DNA from: Eubacteriales bacterium
GTDB lineage: Bacteria; Bacillota; Clostridia; Christensenellales; CAG-138
Assembly (NCBI GenBank): GCA_028694155.1
Contig: JAQUTY010000007.1
Location: 50,901 to 114,900 of the forward strand
Reading direction: 5' to 3'
Length of the DNA: 64,000 nt
The translations under genes were made by a program, and so were the position numbers. The notes beneath the pieces were generated by a model, which worked only from the letters and a program-made list of their open reading frames with translations, searched no databases and was not told where the DNA came from. The stretch's first letter is position 1. Every line of letters starts with the position of its first letter. This document shows, piece by piece, positions 46,329 through 53,953 of this stretch.

Positions 46329-47354
46329 TTAGCGTAGCCCCTCCCCTTCGGCTTGAATGTAAATTATGTCACTTATCTTTCGTGATGAGCTGCTGGGACG
46401 GTTAGTAATATTGCCGTTCCAAAATAGCTGTGCCGAGCCGCCGCCGTCCAAATTGTAGGCGGTGATGCAGCCTAGATCGAACATGAGCTGCGATAAATCC
46501 GTCATTGTAATTCCCTCAGAGTAGCTGCCGCTTCTGCCGTCTACTATGACAAACAGATAATGTCCCGGTTCGATATAGCCAAGTGCGCAACGTGGGTTAA
46601 TTCCACGCACTCTTGAATTGAAAGTGTTCGTTGGTTCGCCCTCGGGCAGCAATGCCGGCCCGAAGCACCAAATCTGCCACGGGTCACGAGCCATGATTGT
46701 GTCAAGATCATACTCACCCGATAGATAAGTCTCCATCGTACCGTCCATATACAGAACGCAGATGTCCTCACCTTTATGTATTGTGTCTCGGTACAGCACT
46801 CCGTTTCTGAGCACTAAGCCAACACTGTGGTTGTTGAAATAATCGCCCGATATTGCCACCAATGCGTTGTTGTCATTTGCCATATCCACTACCTTTGCAA
46901 TGCGATTCTTTGAAAAATCGTCGCCTGCAGCAGCAGTTTTAATAAGCGTAATATCTTGAACATAGATATCTATTACAAAATAGGTTATTACATTGTTATA
47001 CGTCTGCTCATCATGTACCTTTGTCACCGTGAAGCTGACGTTCTTGCCCTTGTATCCGTTTTCTGTAAGCTCATCATCCGAATCAACAAACTTGTCGGGA
47101 TATCTGCCTCCGCAAAGTCCGCTGGGCGTAGGCGTGGGAGATGGCGTGGGCGTTGGAGATGGCGTGGGGCTTGGGGTTGGGGTTGGAGATGGCGTTGCAC
47201 TTGGGTCAAGCGTGGGCTCGATTGAAGAAATCTCAACAATGGGTATGTCTTGTTCCGTTGCCGAGGTTGAAATCATAAGTATAACAACAGCACCGATTGC
47301 TACAAATGCAATCAGCATTGATAATGCTATTGCCAATCCAAGTCTCTTTGACAT
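46329..47354 (-). CDS. phosphodiester glycosidase (NAGPA-type) family membrane-anchored protein, paralogue 3
   Basis: 341 aa. N-terminal TM anchor and linker PSATPSPTPTPSPTPSPTPTPSPTPTPS. Core: LVAISGDYF...PRCALGYIEPGHYLFVIVDGRSGSYSEGI...AYNLDGGGSA. Confidence 0.75.
   Translation of the reverse strand: MSKRLGLAIALSMLIAFVAIGAVVILMISTSATEQDIPIVEISSIEPTLDPSATPSPTPTPSPTPSPTPTPSPTPTPSGLCGGRYPDKFVDSDDELTENGYKGKNVSFTVTKVHDEQTYNNVITYFVIDIYVQDITLIKTAAAGDDFSKNRIAKVVDMANDNNALVAISGDYFNNHSVGLVLRNGVLYRDTIHKGEDICVLYMDGTMETYLSGEYDLDTIMARDPWQIWCFGPALLPEGEPTNTFNSRVRGINPRCALGYIEPGHYLFVIVDGRSGSYSEGITMTDLSQLMFDLGCITAYNLDGGGSAQLFWNGNITNRPSSSSRKISDIIYIQAEGEGLR
47125..47200 (-). repeat. in-frame tandem microrepeat encoding the (P-T/S)n linker
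   Basis: The plus strand shows reiterated GGCGTGGG(A/C)G(A/T)TGGAGAT-like units. Weaker versions occur at about 46100-46170 and about 45000-45070 in the other two paralogues. Confidence 0.7.
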
Positions 47355-47357
47355 CTA

Positions 47358-47921
47358 TCACAGTCCTATCAAATGTTCCACCAGTATTTTTATGCCCAAT
47401 ACTACCAAAACAATACCACCTGCGATCTCCGCTTTTTTCTTGAAGCGAACTCCGAACTTGTTGCCAATACATACGCCGCAAAATGAGATGATCGCAGTAA
47501 GCACTCCTATGATTGTTATTGCAATCCATAGAGGATGAATCCACAGGGAAGGAAGCGTTACTCCCACCGCCAGAGCGTCAATGCTGGTGGCAATGGCGAG
47601 CACGAACAATTTGCCGATGCCTGCAATGCCGCCGTTCTCCTGCTCCTTATCCGTGCAAGCATCGAAAATCATCTTGGCACCGATAATAAGCAGAAGCCCA
47701 AAGGCTATATAAGGCGAGTAGCTGTCGATATATGAGGAAAACCAATCGCCCAAAAACGCACCGACAAGTGGCATGAGCGCTTGAAATCCGCCAAAGAACA
47801 ACGCTATTAAAAGCGCGCGCTTTATCATAATTTTTCTCATCGATAAGCCTTGGCACAGAGAGACCGCAAATGCGTCCATCGCCAAGCTAACCGCAACTAA
47901 CACCAGTTCCGCAATTCCCAT
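47358..47921 (-). CDS. mntP: manganese efflux pump
   Basis: 187 aa. MGIAELVLVAVSLAMDAFAVS...ATSIDALAVG carries the two DUF204-type repeats typical of MntP. Confidence 0.85.
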   Translation of the reverse strand: MGIAELVLVAVSLAMDAFAVSLCQGLSMRKIMIKRALLIALFFGGFQALMPLVGAFLGDWFSSYIDSYSPYIAFGLLLIIGAKMIFDACTDKEQENGGIAGIGKLFVLAIATSIDALAVGVTLPSLWIHPLWIAITIIGVLTAIISFCGVCIGNKFGVRFKKKAEIAGGIVLVVLGIKILVEHLIGL

Positions 47922-47982
47922 AATATTATCCTACCTCGCAGTTGTATCAAAACTGCATCAAAAAAATAAATTCTGACAAAAA

Positions 47983-48010
47983 CATGCGCATTATAACACC
48001 AATGCGCATG
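47983..48010. promoter_or_regulatory. perfect 9-bp inverted repeat overlapping the mntP -10 box (candidate operator)
   Basis: CATGCGCAT-N10-ATGCGCATG. On the minus strand the promoter reads TAGACA-17-TGtTATAAT, with the repeat arms flanking and overlapping the -10. Confidence 0.45.
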
Positions 48011-48095
48011 ATTGTCTATCATAATTGACGCTGCAAATGTGACATTTAGGTAAAGTCAAATCGACTGGCTATTTGTGATTGTGGCTAAACACCGA

Positions 48096-49124
48096 CTACC
48101 AACGATTTTTGACCTTTTCGGCAAAGCCCCTAAGGTTGTCTACGGTCAAAACGGTTCCGTCATCGAGCATGACCGTCCCATTGAAACTGCCAAACACTTG
48201 ATGCTGCTTTGAGCATATGAAAAGCGCGTTAGTATCGGAATGGCGGTCCAGAATGGGTGTGAAGGTCATTGTGAATCTTCCGTCAGTGGAGGTCATGTTC
48301 CACGGAGACATATAATCGTCCCTGCCGTTCTTTTGGGGAATACCAAAGTCCACGCCCTCGAGCTTATGGGCGATGCCGTCAAGAAAGAACATATTCTCGC
48401 TGGCAGCAGACGTGTCGCCAAATCCGTAGCCTATGTTGAATCCAATCCTGTGTCCGTCCTGCTCGCCCTGCGCCGCACCCCAGTACCATGTGTTCGAATA
48501 TGTCCACACTCCTCTGCCCCAATCAAGAAGCCCAAAGCTGTTATCCTTGTCAAACTCGTAGGTCTTGCCCCTGTACTCGGCGTGACCGCTTGCACGCATG
48601 GCAATAATTTTTTGGTTGTAGTAGAATGCGGTTGCTTTGTTTGCAAACGGTGTAGCTATAACCATGCTGTCGCGCGGCTCGTCCTCAAGCCACAGCTCGC
48701 AATAGAAGGGTGTTTTGTCCTCGAAGTTCTCCATGTACAGCACAAGATGCCGCTTGTCGTCCTCATGAGTGAAAGAACCCATGCAGCCATTCAGGCTCTT
48801 TTCAACTGCCCCGTATTTGCTGGAGGGCGGAAAATTTAGCTTACCCATGGGAAACCAAAACATCGTGGACTTGGTGCGCTCACAAGGCGTCCTAAAATCG
48901 AGAAACGATGCAGAGATCATCCCCATGTAGGAATTGTCGTCAACTGTCAGCGCAACTCCAAAATCATCGTTGTATATCAGATAGTAGTCCCATTCCTTGA
49001 TGCGGCTTTTGCCTGCCTTAATGGCAGTGCGGTCGTACTTTTTAACCAGCTCTGTTGAATAGCCTGCTTGATGTAGGCGACCGTTTTGATCGAGCAGATC
49101 TCCCTGATTTAGAATGTGCTGCAT
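48096..49124 (-). CDS. DUF2804-like conserved hypothetical protein
   Basis: The ATG at 49124 lies 5 nt after GGAGG; the 17-aa extension in the track is discarded. About 342 aa and soluble. The motifs WDYY, WGRGVWTY..TWYWGAAQG are as I recall for DUF2804. Confidence 0.5.
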   Translation of the reverse strand: MQHILNQGDLLDQNGRLHQAGYSTELVKKYDRTAIKAGKSRIKEWDYYLIYNDDFGVALTVDDNSYMGMISASFLDFRTPCERTKSTMFWFPMGKLNFPPSSKYGAVEKSLNGCMGSFTHEDDKRHLVLYMENFEDKTPFYCELWLEDEPRDSMVIATPFANKATAFYYNQKIIAMRASGHAEYRGKTYEFDKDNSFGLLDWGRGVWTYSNTWYWGAAQGEQDGHRIGFNIGYGFGDTSAASENMFFLDGIAHKLEGVDFGIPQKNGRDDYMSPWNMTSTDGRFTMTFTPILDRHSDTNALFICSKQHQVFGSFNGTVMLDDGTVLTVDNLRGFAEKVKNRW

Positions 49125-49252
49125 AGCAACCTCCGCAATACATGTATATTTTGATATTACTCTGCTCACTTTCAAAAGTCAACCTCACGCCAAGATGTAT
49201 CTTGTATTTGCATGGTCTAAATGCTATACTTTATTTTGAAAGAGGGGTCGAA

Positions 49253-49879
49253 ATGATAAAGCCCAAAGTTCTGCTTACAACCTTTGTGCCGTTTGGGGGC
49301 GAGAGCGTTAATCCTGCTCAACTCTGCGGTGAGCTTGTACATTCTGATATTGCACAGATTATGCGTGTCGATCTTCCCGTGAGCTATGCCAAGGTGGGCG
49401 TTGCGGCGGCGCAAGCGGTTGAGAATGTAAAGCCCGATATGGTACTCTGCTTAGGGCAAGCCGCCGGCAGACAGGGCTTGAGCTTTGAGCGTGTCGCCAT
49501 AAACATTGATGATGCTCAAATTTGCGATAATTGTGGTGAGCTTAGATGCGATTTGGCGATCGAGCCTTTGGGGAAAACCGCCTATTTTTCAACGCTCCCC
49601 ATAAAAGCCATGATCAATGCGGCACAAGAGGTCGGCATACCTGCTTGGCTGTCAAACAGCGCAGGAACCTACGTCTGCAATCACCTATTATATGAGCTGC
49701 TGCACAATTTTTTGGATATTCCCTGTGGCTTTGTTCATGTTCCGCTTGTAAAAGAGCAGGCGGAGCAACGACTTTCCTGTGGCAAGGTGACTCAGCTGGA
49801 GCCATATCTCTCGCCCGAATCCGCCGCAAAGGGCATTAGCGCCGCCATCGACACCGCCATAGCATCTATTGGGCTGTAA
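49253..49879 (+). CDS. pcp: pyroglutamyl-peptidase I
   Basis: The ATG at 49253 follows AGAGGGG. MIKPKVLLTTFVPFGGESVNPA...LPVSY......GQAAGR....ER.AIN......SAGTYVCNHL.Y (catalytic Cys) ...VHVP. Confidence 0.88.
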   Translation: MIKPKVLLTTFVPFGGESVNPAQLCGELVHSDIAQIMRVDLPVSYAKVGVAAAQAVENVKPDMVLCLGQAAGRQGLSFERVAINIDDAQICDNCGELRCDLAIEPLGKTAYFSTLPIKAMINAAQEVGIPAWLSNSAGTYVCNHLLYELLHNFLDIPCGFVHVPLVKEQAEQRLSCGKVTQLEPYLSPESAAKGISAAIDTAIASIGL

Positions 49880-49908
49880 GGGTGTGGAATCGCATAATAC
49901 AATCAACT

Positions 49909-49940
49909 AAAGAGACTTCCGAACACTCGGAAGTCTCTTT
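49909..49940. terminator. 14-bp perfect hairpin between convergent pcp and the GGGtGRT gene
   Basis: AAAGAGACTTCCGA-acac-TCGGAAGTCTCTTT. The U-tracts are short and come only from the stem ends. Confidence 0.6.
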
Positions 49941-49959
49941 GAGGTTTGGATATTGGGGA

Positions 49960-50952
49960 TTACAGGGTTTCGGAGACGGCAACTGCGACCGCAACCGTTG
50001 CGCCGACCATGGGGTTATTGCCCATGCCGATGAGTCCCATCATCTCAACGTGTGCAGGGACGGAGGACGAGCCTGCGAACTGCGCATCGGAGTGCATTCT
50101 GCCCATTGTATCGGTCAAGCCGTAGGATGCAGGGCCTGCCGCCATGTTGTCGGGATGCAGGGTTCTGCCTGTGCCGCCGCCTGATGCAACGGAGAAATAC
50201 TTCTTGCCGTTCTCAACACACCACTTTTTGTAGGTGCCTGCAACGGGATGCTGGAAGCGTGTGGGATTGGTGGAGTTGCCCGTGATGGAAACGTCCACGT
50301 TCTCATGGCGCATGATTGCAACGCCCTCGTTTACATCGTCCGCACCATAGCAGCGAACCTTGGCTCTCTCGCCATCGGAAAATGCCTTTGTATAGGTAAT
50401 CTCCAGCTTGCCCGTCTTATAGTCGTAGGCTGTCTCACAATATGTAAATCCATTGATTCTGGAAATAACATAGGCTGCGTCCTTGCCCAAACCGTTCAGA
50501 ATGACCTGCAGGGGCTTCTTTCTGACCTTGTTGGCCGTTCTTGCGATGCCGATTGCACCCTCTGCCGCCGCAAAGCTCTCGTGTCCTGCCAAGAATGCAA
50601 AGCAACCTGTTTCTTCTCTCAAAAGCATTGCCGCAAGATTGCCATGACCCTTGCCAACATCACGCTGGTCCGCAACTGAACCCGGAATGCAGAAGGACTG
50701 CAGTCCTATGCCGATGCACTCCGCCGCTTCCGCTGCGCTCCTAACACCCTTTTTGATGGCGATTGCTGCGCCCACGGTGTACGCCCAGCAAGCATTCTCA
50801 AATGCGATGGGCTGGATTCCACGAACTATGCCAAACGCATCAACGCCTGCCTTGTCGCAGATTTCCTTTGTTTCTTCGATGCTGTTGATGCCGTACTCTT
50901 TAAGCACGCCGTTGATCTTGTCTACTCTTCTATCGTAACCTTCAAATAACAT
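49960..50952 (-). CDS. GGGtGRT family protein (uncharacterised)
   Basis: 330 aa. The literal family signature is present in FSVASGGGTGRTLHPDNMAAGPASYG. Confidence 0.75.
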   Translation of the reverse strand: MLFEGYDRRVDKINGVLKEYGINSIEETKEICDKAGVDAFGIVRGIQPIAFENACWAYTVGAAIAIKKGVRSAAEAAECIGIGLQSFCIPGSVADQRDVGKGHGNLAAMLLREETGCFAFLAGHESFAAAEGAIGIARTANKVRKKPLQVILNGLGKDAAYVISRINGFTYCETAYDYKTGKLEITYTKAFSDGERAKVRCYGADDVNEGVAIMRHENVDVSITGNSTNPTRFQHPVAGTYKKWCVENGKKYFSVASGGGTGRTLHPDNMAAGPASYGLTDTMGRMHSDAQFAGSSSVPAHVEMMGLIGMGNNPMVGATVAVAVAVSETL

Positions 50953-50964
50953 AGCGCACCTCCA

Positions 50965-51657
50965 TTATTCCTTGCGCGGATCAATAGTTTTGACCGCTTC
51001 GGCGAATCTGCCATAGGTGCCGATGTTCTTCTCATAGGCTTCCTTGGGGTCAACGCCCTTTTTGATAGCATCCATCATCTTGCCCAGGCTGACGAACTGA
51101 TAGCCGATAATCTCGCCGTTCTCGTCCAAGCCGACCTTGATGACATAGCCCTCTGCCAATTCCAAGTAACGAGGGCCCTTTGCCTTAGTTCCGTACATCG
51201 TGCCAATCTGAGAACGCAAGCCCTTGCCCAAGTCCTCCAGTCCTGCGCCAACAACCAAACCATCGTCAGAGAATGCGCTCTGGCTTCTGCCGTACACAAT
51301 CTGCAAAAACAGCTCACGCATCGCCGTGTTAATGGCATCGCACACCAAATCCGAATTGAGTGCTTCCAAGATTGTCTTGCCCGGCAGTATCTCTGCCGCC
51401 ATAGCTGCAGAATGTGTCATGCCCGAGCAGCCCAGCGTCTCAACGAGTGCTTCCTCGATGATTCCGTTTTTGATGTTCAGGCTCAGTTTGCATGCGCCCT
51501 GCTGCGGTGCGCACCAGCCTACGCCATGCGTAAAGCCGCTAATGTCCTTAATTTCCTTTGCCTTGACCCATTTTCCTTCTTCGGGGATAGGTGCCGGCTC
51601 ATGGTTTGCGCCCTTTTTGACGCATACCATTTCTTCCACATCACGGGAATATTGCAT
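50965..51657 (-). CDS. NifU/IscU-like iron-sulfur scaffold-domain protein
   Basis: 230 aa. IscU-like arrangement ..QGACKLSLNIKNGIIEEALVETLGCSGMTHSAAMAAEIL.GKT...A....LVCDAI, with three Cys at scaffold-like spacing. GGAGG RBS. Confidence 0.6.
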   Translation of the reverse strand: MQYSRDVEEMVCVKKGANHEPAPIPEEGKWVKAKEIKDISGFTHGVGWCAPQQGACKLSLNIKNGIIEEALVETLGCSGMTHSAAMAAEILPGKTILEALNSDLVCDAINTAMRELFLQIVYGRSQSAFSDDGLVVGAGLEDLGKGLRSQIGTMYGTKAKGPRYLELAEGYVIKVGLDENGEIIGYQFVSLGKMMDAIKKGVDPKEAYEKNIGTYGRFAEAVKTIDPRKE

Positions 51658-51759
51658 TTAGTTTTCCTCCTGATTTTTATCGTGGCAATTATAGCACGAA
51701 AATTTACTCTTCGCAAGTGGGCAAATGTATGTTATAATAAGTTCTGAAAGGAGATCTGT

Positions 51760-52416
51760 ATGGACAAATTGTTTCTTTGTTTGTTTATTTTACTCTCCAT
51801 AGTGCATCTGTACGGTTGCTACTTTCGCAAGCCCAAGCTGCTTGCGCCTGTCACAAAGCCGCTTTTGATGCCTGCTCTTTTGCTTTGCTACCTTGCCATA
51901 TCCCCCGCCTACTCATACTACGTCATAGTCGCACTTGTCTTTGCCACCATTGGGGACGCCTTCCTCATAGGACACAGCAACCCCACTATGCTTCGTCTTG
52001 GCTTGGCAAGTTTCTTTTTGATGCAGCTATGCTATGTGCTCAACTTCTTCTCCTTAGTTGGCGAACCGGGAATGACTCTCATGTTCCTCACGGTCGTGTG
52101 CTATGTGAGCGTATACGGAATTGCCATTACATTCCTGTTCTCCTTTGTTCCAAAGCGTTACCATTTTTCCATTGCCATATACATGATTTCAATTAGCATG
52201 GTCGGCGTTATGGCACTTCTGACCTTCTTCACCAATTTTAGTAACTGGACGGGGCTAATCCTCTTTGGCAGCGGCATGTTCATCTGCTCCGACTTTATCC
52301 TGTGCATGGAATATTTCAAGGAGCGTACTCGCTACGGTCACTTTATTGTCATGGCGACCTACATCATCGCACAAATCTGCATCGTTATGGGACTTGCAAA
52401 CGTGGGAGGTATTTAA
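51760..52416 (+). CDS. YhhN family lysoplasmalogenase-like membrane protein
   Basis: 218 aa with about 7 TM segments. ALVFATIGDAFLI and FGSGMFICSDFIL are YhhN/TMEM86 hallmarks. Confidence 0.75.
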   Translation: MDKLFLCLFILLSIVHLYGCYFRKPKLLAPVTKPLLMPALLLCYLAISPAYSYYVIVALVFATIGDAFLIGHSNPTMLRLGLASFFLMQLCYVLNFFSLVGEPGMTLMFLTVVCYVSVYGIAITFLFSFVPKRYHFSIAIYMISISMVGVMALLTFFTNFSNWTGLILFGSGMFICSDFILCMEYFKERTRYGHFIVMATYIIAQICIVMGLANVGGI

Positions 52417-52420
52417 TTGT

Positions 52421-53575
52421 ATGGAAACTGCTCTACTCATCATTGGCATACTGTGTGTGCTTGGCCTGATTGTGGTCATCGTCCTTTTGCAAAGAAAAAA
52501 GAACGATGCTTCAGAGCTGAGTGCGCTAAGAACTGAGGTGCTCAACGGTGTCAACAACTCCGTTTTAGGCATGACGCAGATTATCGAGGGGCGGCTGAAC
52601 TCATCCGAGCAGCTCAACGAGCAAAAGCTCGATGCCATTCGTTTGACAATGGAGCGCAACCTTGTCAATTTGCAGCAGGAAAACGACAAGCGGCTCAAGG
52701 AAATGCAGGCAATCGTTGATGAGAAGATGCAAAAGACACTCAAAAATGAAGTCTCACAATCGTTTAGGCTCGTCAACGAGCAGCTTGAAAAAGTCTACAA
52801 GGGTCTGGGTGAGATGCAGTCCGTTGCCGTTGGCGTTAGCGATTTGAAAAAAGTTCTCTCCAACGTCAAGACCCGTGGTATTTTGGGTGAGATTCAACTG
52901 GGTGCAATCTTGGAGGAGATGCTTTCCCGTGAGCAATATGAAACCAATGTTATCACCAAAAAGGGCAGCTCCGACCGTGTTGAGTATGCAGTAAAGCTGC
53001 CGGGCGAGAACGGCGACTATGTGTACCTTCCCATTGATGCAAAGTTTCCGGGCGATCTCTACTCCGACCTTCAGGACGCATATGCGGACGGTTCGCCCGA
53101 AAAAATCAATGCTGCTTCGGCAAAGCTGGTGGCTCGAATCAAGCAGGAAGCCAAGGATATTCGGTCAAAGTACATTGATCCGCCTGCCACAACCGAGTTT
53201 GCAATCCTATTTCTTCCCTTTGAAGGGCTATATGCCGAGGCTGTCAATCGTGGCATGGTGGAGGAGCTTAGGCGCAACCATCATATCAGTCTGGCGGGCC
53301 CGTCCACAATGGCGGCGCTGCTCAACAGTTTGCAAATGGGCTTTAAGACGCTTGCCATTCAAAAACGCAGCTCCGAGGTATGGAAAATACTCGGAGCAGT
53401 TAAAGCTGAATTTGAACAGTTTGGAGCTATTCTTGAGTCCTCACAATCCCGTCTCAACAAGGTGAACGAGGAGCTTGATAAGCTCATTGGAACTCGTACA
53501 AGAGCCATTACACGCAAGCTAAAGGACGTGGAAAGGCTTGAAAGCTCCGAGGCGGAACGCCTGCTAAACGAGTGA
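52421..53575 (+). CDS. rmuC: DNA recombination protein RmuC
   Basis: The ATG at 52421 begins METALLIIGILCVLGLIVVIVLL (TM), followed by a coiled-coil and the RmuC core (GILGEIQLGAILE...VEYAVKLPG...YLPIDAKFP...ILFLP.EGLYAE). The 52-aa extension in the track overlaps yhhN and is discarded. Confidence 0.85.
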   Translation: METALLIIGILCVLGLIVVIVLLQRKKNDASELSALRTEVLNGVNNSVLGMTQIIEGRLNSSEQLNEQKLDAIRLTMERNLVNLQQENDKRLKEMQAIVDEKMQKTLKNEVSQSFRLVNEQLEKVYKGLGEMQSVAVGVSDLKKVLSNVKTRGILGEIQLGAILEEMLSREQYETNVITKKGSSDRVEYAVKLPGENGDYVYLPIDAKFPGDLYSDLQDAYADGSPEKINAASAKLVARIKQEAKDIRSKYIDPPATTEFAILFLPFEGLYAEAVNRGMVEELRRNHHISLAGPSTMAALLNSLQMGFKTLAIQKRSSEVWKILGAVKAEFEQFGAILESSQSRLNKVNEELDKLIGTRTRAITRKLKDVERLESSEAERLLNE

Positions 53576-53578
53576 TAC

Positions 53579-53944
53579 TTAGCTCTTTGTTTTTGGTTTT
53601 GCAATAAGCGCAAACAGATAGCCAAAGCCTATCGCAGCGGTAATACCCCCTGCGGCAGAAGTTATTCCGCCTGTAAATGCGCCTATGACTCCACCCTCTT
53701 TTGCGCCCTTGATTGCGCCCTGTGCAAGCAGATTGCCAAATCCTGTTAAGGGTACGGTTGCGCCTGCGCCTGCAAAGTCTACAAGCGGTTGATACACGCC
53801 AATACCACCCAGAATAACGCCTGCCGTTACGAACAGCACAAGTATCTTTGCAGGTGTGAGCCTCGTCAGACTGATTAGAAGCTGTCCTATCACGCAGATT
53901 GCTCCGCCTATCAAAAATGCCCAAAGAAATTGAAGTGCGTCCAT
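53579..53944 (-). CDS. spoVAE: stage V sporulation protein AE (SpoVAEB-type)
   Basis: 121 aa. FLWAFLIGGAICVIGQLL...LTPA.ILVLFV..GV.LG..G.Y.PL..FAGAGATVP..GFGN.L..GA. Lies directly after spoVAD. Confidence 0.85.
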   Translation of the reverse strand: MDALQFLWAFLIGGAICVIGQLLISLTRLTPAKILVLFVTAGVILGGIGVYQPLVDFAGAGATVPLTGFGNLLAQGAIKGAKEGGVIGAFTGGITSAAGGITAAIGFGYLFALIAKPKTKS

Positions 53945-53953
53945 CTTTACCTC

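Noticed and set aside
46993-47538. 181-aa plus-strand ORF with a G/V-rich repeat (GVGVGDGVGVGDGVGLGVGVGDG)
   Set aside because: It is the mirror image of the Pro/Thr linker repeat of NAGPA paralogue 3 and of the mntP 3' end. It is an artefact of the reverse-complement repeat.
47922-48095. Expected yybP-ykoY Mn2+ riboswitch upstream of mntP
   Set aside because: I read both strands. The leader is too short (about 50 nt from the predicted TSS) and lacks the conserved riboswitch core, so I report a promoter palindrome instead.
48240-48839. 199-aa plus-strand ORF
   Set aside because: It is antisense to the DUF2804-like gene, which has a GGAGG RBS and a coherent globular sequence.
52255-52776. 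173-aa minus-strand ORF spanning the yhhN/rmuC junction
   Set aside because: It is antisense to two well-supported plus-strand genes. It is Ser/Cys/Leu-rich low-complexity sequence.
52421-53575. RmuC as part of a defence island
   Set aside because: It is a stand-alone canonical RmuC (TM, coiled-coil and RmuC core). Its neighbours are housekeeping genes (yhhN, spoVA), with no adjacent nuclease, methylase or ATPase.
53508-53924. 138-aa minus-strand ORF overlapping spoVAE in another frame
   Set aside because: The Arg/Cys-rich translation has no family resemblance. The alternative frame gives a canonical SpoVAE sequence.
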